This document shows, in pieces, positions 59,700 through 64,000 of a stretch of DNA of 64,000 nt. Made by a program: the position numbers and the translations under genes. Source of the DNA: a candidate division TM6 bacterium GW2011_GWF2_28_16 (lineage in GTDB: Bacteria; Patescibacteriota; Microgenomatia; UBA1400; PJMF01); contig CP011212.1 in NCBI GenBank assembly GCA_001029715.1, forward strand, positions 259,407-323,406, in the 5' to 3' direction. Position 1 is the stretch's first letter; every line of letters begins with the position of its first letter. Below the pieces are notes generated by a model. It was not told the origin of the DNA. It saw only the letters and a list, made by a program, of their open reading frames with translations, and did not search any database.

Positions 59700-60833
59700 A
59701 TGTTCTGTACTCACTGTGGCTCTCACCTACGACAAAATGCTAAGTTCTGCGAAAAATGCGGCTCCACTGTGTCGAAGCCAAAAGCCAACAGTCAAAAAGT
59801 TGACAAGTCTCAGTCGAAAATAAAATGGCTAGTCGGTTTGGTAGTACTTGCAGTTGTTGGAGTTTCGTTTTCTCGTTTTTTCCTAGGCGGTAACTCTGTG
59901 ACTGGTTACTCACAAGATGAAGCAGGATTTAAGAAAGCTATTGACAGACAATACCAATTGCTTGAGTCTGGCACGGAAGCAGATGTACAACAGATTTACC
60001 AAGATTTTCTCGACCCAAAAGCTAAAGTCATGTCAGAAGAAGAGTACTTAAAGGGGTTCAAAGAGTATTGGGGTGACAAATATCAAAAAGTTATCATGCA
60101 TAGCTATAAAGCTGATGGAGCTAATGCTTACGCTGACAGAACTATCCGTGTGTGTACTGATGAGAACTGTCAAAACGTTGAGTCAATTAGCCGTGCCTTT
60201 AAGAAGTATTACTACGAAAATGGGCGATGGCTGATGAAGGGTGAAGACTTCTATTGCCCTAGAACTACCAACTATGAAATGGAGCCAGAGTTTTCTCGAG
60301 CTCTAAGTCTGATTGAGCAGCGGGCGACAGAAGCAGACACAGACTCTGCGGAGACATTTAAGACTTACCTAGAAGTAATCCACTGTCTGCAAATCCGATA
60401 TGCCCCTGCCGATGCTGACATGAACCAGGCAGAGGGTGTGTTTCACTTTATCCCTGGTCAAAGTGCCGAAACACTATCAATCGTCGTTTCACCTCGATAT
60501 AAGTCAAAAGATGACATCCTAACAGCCACGCTCATTATGCATGAGCTTACCCATGCCGTGAACTACGTTTCTGGTCTTTACGATGGAAAACATACCGATT
60601 GTTACCTAGACGAAGCACAAGCCTTTAGTAATCAAAATTGGTTTTTAACTGTACTTAATAATGAAGAAAAGCAGTCACTACTGGCTCGGATGAGAGTCGG
60701 TGGCTCTCCCGAACTGGTAGGTATTGCTAACGTACTGCAAACCGTTCCTCGCATGAAAGGAGCTACTTATGAGGAACAAGCTCTGAACTTTGTTAAAGCT
60801 AATCCGTTTTATCAAAAACAGTGCGGTACATAA
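59700..60833 (+). CDS. zinc-ribbon / TM / extracytoplasmic zincin-like (HExxH) domain protein
   Basis: N-terminal FCTHCGSHLx8FCEKCGSTV; one TM; IMHELTHAVNY HExxH with downstream LDEAQAF Glu. Confidence 0.6.
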   Translation: MFCTHCGSHLRQNAKFCEKCGSTVSKPKANSQKVDKSQSKIKWLVGLVVLAVVGVSFSRFFLGGNSVTGYSQDEAGFKKAIDRQYQLLESGTEADVQQIYQDFLDPKAKVMSEEEYLKGFKEYWGDKYQKVIMHSYKADGANAYADRTIRVCTDENCQNVESISRAFKKYYYENGRWLMKGEDFYCPRTTNYEMEPEFSRALSLIEQRATEADTDSAETFKTYLEVIHCLQIRYAPADADMNQAEGVFHFIPGQSAETLSIVVSPRYKSKDDILTATLIMHELTHAVNYVSGLYDGKHTDCYLDEAQAFSNQNWFLTVLNNEEKQSLLARMRVGGSPELVGIANVLQTVPRMKGATYEEQALNFVKANPFYQKQCGT

Positions 60834-61288
60834 AAAAAACTTTGGGAGTGAGTTGTTCCGATGTCCCGATGTGGTCAGAACCACAAGTTCATTAACAAGA
60901 ATCCTTTTTCTTTAGGTGGCTCCTGCCACAGGGGTAGTTATATAGTGTCCGCTACCTCTGAACATCGGTACTAGCTCTGCTGTATACCAGATGTGATAAA
61001 TAGGCTTAATGACTGTTTGGGGTTATTGAAAAGGAGCATTGTATTTTTAGGATACTACCTCTGGTGGTAAATTGCCCTACTCGAGGAAGGCGGAGTATCG
61101 TTAAACACTAAGTTTGTGGTAGATGGGTGTGTAATATTTTACACACATTGCTGTCAAAACTTTGCCAACTAATCCCAGGCAATATTATTGTTTTTAGCCT
61201 GGTTGGAAGTTTGATGTTGAACGAGTAAACGAAAGTATCTCATTTGCTTGATATGAGATAAAATATTGTAAGAAAAAGTAAAGAAAAT

Positions 61289-62851
61289 ATGGGATTTAGA
61301 TTTCGTAAATCATTTAAGATAGCTCCAGGCGTTCGGCTCAATATGAGTAAAAGTGGCTTGGGTATGAGTGCGGGTGTTCGTGGTGCTCGGGTTGGCTTTA
61401 ATAGCCGTGGGTCTTATACCAGCGTTGGTATCCCTGGAACTGGTATCCACTCAACTACTTATAGCAAAACAGGCAGAAAAGCTCGAAGCTCAGGTGGAAG
61501 AACAGCAAATCCTAGTCAGTCATCAGGTGGCGGTAAGCTACTACTTTGGTTGATTGCTATCGTCGTGGGTATTGCTCTTCCTCCATTGGGCGTAGTCATG
61601 GTGATTGGGGCAGCGATTTATTACTATCAACGGAACAAATCTCCAAAATATCAAGCAGAGCAGCGGATTAAAAAGGCTACGACGTTTTTCCAAGAACAGA
61701 AATATGCTGAGGCTGAGCCACTACTATTAGAGGCAGCCAATATTCATCCTGAAAACACGGAAACTGATTTTTTATTGGGTGGTGTTTACCATAATCAGGG
61801 TAAGTACAAAGAAGCTGCACCCTACCTAGAACGAGCTCATCAACAAGACCCGACGCATGAAGGAACTCTTGTATCACTTGCAAACTGTTATTTTAGCTTG
61901 GGTGAGTTCGACAAGGTTATACCCCTTATGCAAAACTTCCCAGGTGGTTGGGAAAATAATTTGAAAGCTTTACAACTTCTGGGCTTGAGTTTCTCCAATA
62001 AAGAGCAGCATGACTTGGCAATAGAAGTTTTCAAAAAGGCTTCGTTGACCAAAAGAAACCTTGATGATGGTTTGTTAGAGCTTCATTACAACCTGGGAAT
62101 TGTTTATGATGCTGCGGGGCAAAAAGCCAACGCACAAAAGCATTTCAAAAAAGTGTACGCCTACAACATGAACTACAAGGATGTGCTGAGTAAGATTGAT
62201 GGGGATGTGCCTAAAATCACCGATGGTGAACCGAAGCAAAACCAAGGGAAAGTTAAGGGACAAATTGGTTACTACGGGTTAGAGGACTGGTGGCTATCTG
62301 AGTTTAGTGAAGAAGAGAGGAGCCATATTGAGGAAGTTTTCCAACCTATGGGGTCTGAACCTGGTAGTAAGTCGCTAACTGAGGGTGAGTTGAGTTACTC
62401 ATCGCAGAACGCTGCTGGTTTACTTCATGCTCTCGCTGGCTGGTTCAATAAACCAGGCGACCGAGAAATTGCCAAGAAAATTATCGCTAAAGCAACTGAA
62501 CTAGCTCAAGATGGTAATGATGTTCTTGACCTTCACTTTTCGCTACAGCAAAAGATGGAGATTTATTACCGAGAACGTGAGGCTGACCCAAAAGCCATGG
62601 ATGAGGCGATTAAGGCTTGTGAGGATCAAATCAGGATAGCACCGCAGGCAGCACGACAATTTCTCAAAGAGTATCCAGGGCAACCAGTGCCTGGTCATGC
62701 AGGGTACACTCAACTAGCTATCATCCTCAAAAAACAAGATAAGCACCAAGAAGTAATCGTACTTTGTGAGAAGGCAAAAGAGCAAGGTTGGGCTGGTGAT
62801 TGGGATAAGCGGATTGCTGATGCCCAGAAGAAACAGGAGGGACAAGTATGA
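61289..62851 (+). CDS. DUF4236-type N-terminal domain / TM / TPR-repeat protein
   Basis: MGFRFRKSFKIAPGVRLNMSKSGLGMSAGVRGARVGFNSRG matches the DUF4236 pattern. One TM follows, then TPR-like repeats (HPENTETDFLLGGVYHNQGKYKEAAPYLERAHQQDP...). Confidence 0.6.
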   Translation: MGFRFRKSFKIAPGVRLNMSKSGLGMSAGVRGARVGFNSRGSYTSVGIPGTGIHSTTYSKTGRKARSSGGRTANPSQSSGGGKLLLWLIAIVVGIALPPLGVVMVIGAAIYYYQRNKSPKYQAEQRIKKATTFFQEQKYAEAEPLLLEAANIHPENTETDFLLGGVYHNQGKYKEAAPYLERAHQQDPTHEGTLVSLANCYFSLGEFDKVIPLMQNFPGGWENNLKALQLLGLSFSNKEQHDLAIEVFKKASLTKRNLDDGLLELHYNLGIVYDAAGQKANAQKHFKKVYAYNMNYKDVLSKIDGDVPKITDGEPKQNQGKVKGQIGYYGLEDWWLSEFSEEERSHIEEVFQPMGSEPGSKSLTEGELSYSSQNAAGLLHALAGWFNKPGDREIAKKIIAKATELAQDGNDVLDLHFSLQQKMEIYYREREADPKAMDEAIKACEDQIRIAPQAARQFLKEYPGQPVPGHAGYTQLAIILKKQDKHQEVIVLCEKAKEQGWAGDWDKRIADAQKKQEGQV

Positions 62852-63396
62852 GGTCAAAACAACTTATTACGTTAGTTTTATTGATTGCAGTTGTAGCTGT
62901 GATTGCTTACTTTGCTTATAGTTCAAAACAACGCAATCAGACTACGCCAACATCGGCAACACAGATGGAACAGCAGAACGCCGACTGGCAGGATGAAACA
63001 GTAAACGAAATTGGTTTAACGCTTCAACATCCTAAAGACCTGGTGTTCCGCAAGGAAATTGCCGACGATAACGGCAGGATTAGAACAGTGGGGTTTTTCC
63101 TAACAAAAGGCTCCGAAAATAGCCCTGAGTATCAAATGTACGGATTGTACCAGCAGTTTAAGGATGGAAGCCAACAAGACTTGGAACTTGCTAAGAAAGA
63201 GATGGACTCAACCACCATAAAGGAAGCAAGTATCACTGGCTACTCTGGTATTGAGGGTTTAATCATTGGTCCAAAAACCAGGTTCATTACTACTGTGATT
63301 AAAGATGGAAAACTTTTTTCGGTATCAACAATCCCACCTACAGAAGAAAATAAAGAACTGACCGAACAGATAATAGCAACCTTTGATTTTGAATAA
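62848..63396 (+). CDS. hypothetical secreted/anchored protein
   Basis: N-terminal hydrophobic helix; overlaps the previous stop (translationally coupled). Confidence 0.5.
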   Translation: MRSKQLITLVLLIAVVAVIAYFAYSSKQRNQTTPTSATQMEQQNADWQDETVNEIGLTLQHPKDLVFRKEIADDNGRIRTVGFFLTKGSENSPEYQMYGLYQQFKDGSQQDLELAKKEMDSTTIKEASITGYSGIEGLIIGPKTRFITTVIKDGKLFSVSTIPPTEENKELTEQIIATFDFE

Positions 63397-63398
63397 TT

Positions 63399-63683
63399 AT
63401 GCCCGTAATTTCATACTTATTGACTGCTTTTTTTATTGGAGGTGGGATTTATTGTATTTTCCAATATTGGAAGGTAGAGCATATTGAAAGGGAAATTAAT
63501 GTGCTTGAAACTGAATGGGATGGAGTGCCCAAGAAGTCTATGAACCCTTATGTCAATAACGACACCTTGTTGAAAATCATCGCCAAAAATAGACAGCCAA
63601 TTGAACGGAAAATATATTTGTTAAAACAGAAGAGACAATTCGTGTTGGACAAAATACCACTAATTGGTTGGTTCAAAAAGTAA
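63399..63683 (+). CDS. hypothetical small membrane protein
   Basis: One N-terminal TM; 94 aa. Confidence 0.45.
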   Translation: MPVISYLLTAFFIGGGIYCIFQYWKVEHIEREINVLETEWDGVPKKSMNPYVNNDTLLKIIAKNRQPIERKIYLLKQKRQFVLDKIPLIGWFKK

Positions 63684-63716
63684 TACCTCAGCTACATGGC
63701 TTGCTGAAATGTTCAC

Positions 63717-63962
63717 TTATAGTTCACACTGATGTTGGTAGCTTGGGTTATCCGATATGAGTTGAAACAACTTACTACGAAGGTTTTTTTGCGAGCATTC
63801 ATCATCTGTAAATAATGGGCACGTCCCATCACGATTGATATCAATCATAGTTTTGAGCATAGCCACCTGGGGATGTTTATCGTCGTTCTCTTCATTCATT
63901 TTAAGCACAACAGAACTAATCTCTTCGTTACTTAGTTTGGTGTAAAAATCAATCTGTGACAC
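63717..63962 (-). CDS. hypothetical protein
   Basis: 81 aa acidic protein; weak support. Confidence 0.35.
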   Translation of the reverse strand: MSQIDFYTKLSNEEISSVVLKMNEENDDKHPQVAMLKTMIDINRDGTCPLFTDDECSQKNLRSKLFQLISDNPSYQHQCEL

Positions 63963-64000
63963 GAATGCTTCAACCTCTTTGTCTCTACAAGATAGATTGT

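Larger units (their letters stand above)
52258..64000. mobile_element. integrated element (prophage- or ICE-like) inserted at the tRNA-Asn 3' end; far boundary beyond window
   Basis: The serine recombinase ORF ends inside the last 15 nt of the tRNA. GC content rises visibly from here to the window end. The element carries replication genes (primase-helicase) and cargo of unknown function. Confidence 0.6.

Noticed and set aside
1-64000. CRISPR arrays, rRNA genes, IS elements with terminal inverted repeats
   Set aside because: I saw no regularly spaced direct repeats, no rRNA-like conserved stretches and no transposase ORFs on reading through the window.

Overview
This 64 kb window is AT-rich and gene-dense. 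Short intergenic spacers and small housekeeping proteins suggest a small-genome, possibly Patescibacteria/CPR-like lineage; this is an inference. Core genes I recognise from conserved motifs are metK, upp, prfB, ftsE-ftsX with an M23 peptidase, uppP, recA, rny, secG, dus, map, rpoD, an AddA/UvrD-like helicase-nuclease, and an [FeFe]-hydrogenase (hydA) next to a NuoF-like subunit. There is also a MacAB-like ABC efflux set and a divergent GT4/GT2 glycosyltransferase pair with an MFS transporter. Five tRNAs are present: three type-II Ser-like genes, one of them carrying an apparent ACU anticodon, plus Pro(GGG) and Asn(GUU). A leader upstream of metK resembles a SAM-I riboswitch. From the tRNA-Asn 3' end (about 52.2 kb) to the window end lies a visibly GC-richer integrated element. 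It encodes a large serine recombinase, a zinc-finger/TOPRIM primase-helicase and a SpoVG-like protein. Its cargo is a co-directional cluster of zinc-ribbon membrane proteins (one with an HExxH metallopeptidase motif) and a DUF4236-TPR protein, preceded by a GC-rich structured leader. This cargo module is the best candidate for an undescribed system here. Other points of note are an HD-domain/AlkD-like glycosylase fusion next to a NUDIX gene, an ATP-grasp/M14-like enzyme pair, a radical-SAM/SPASM gene between uppP and an MFS transporter, and two paralogous small proteins.
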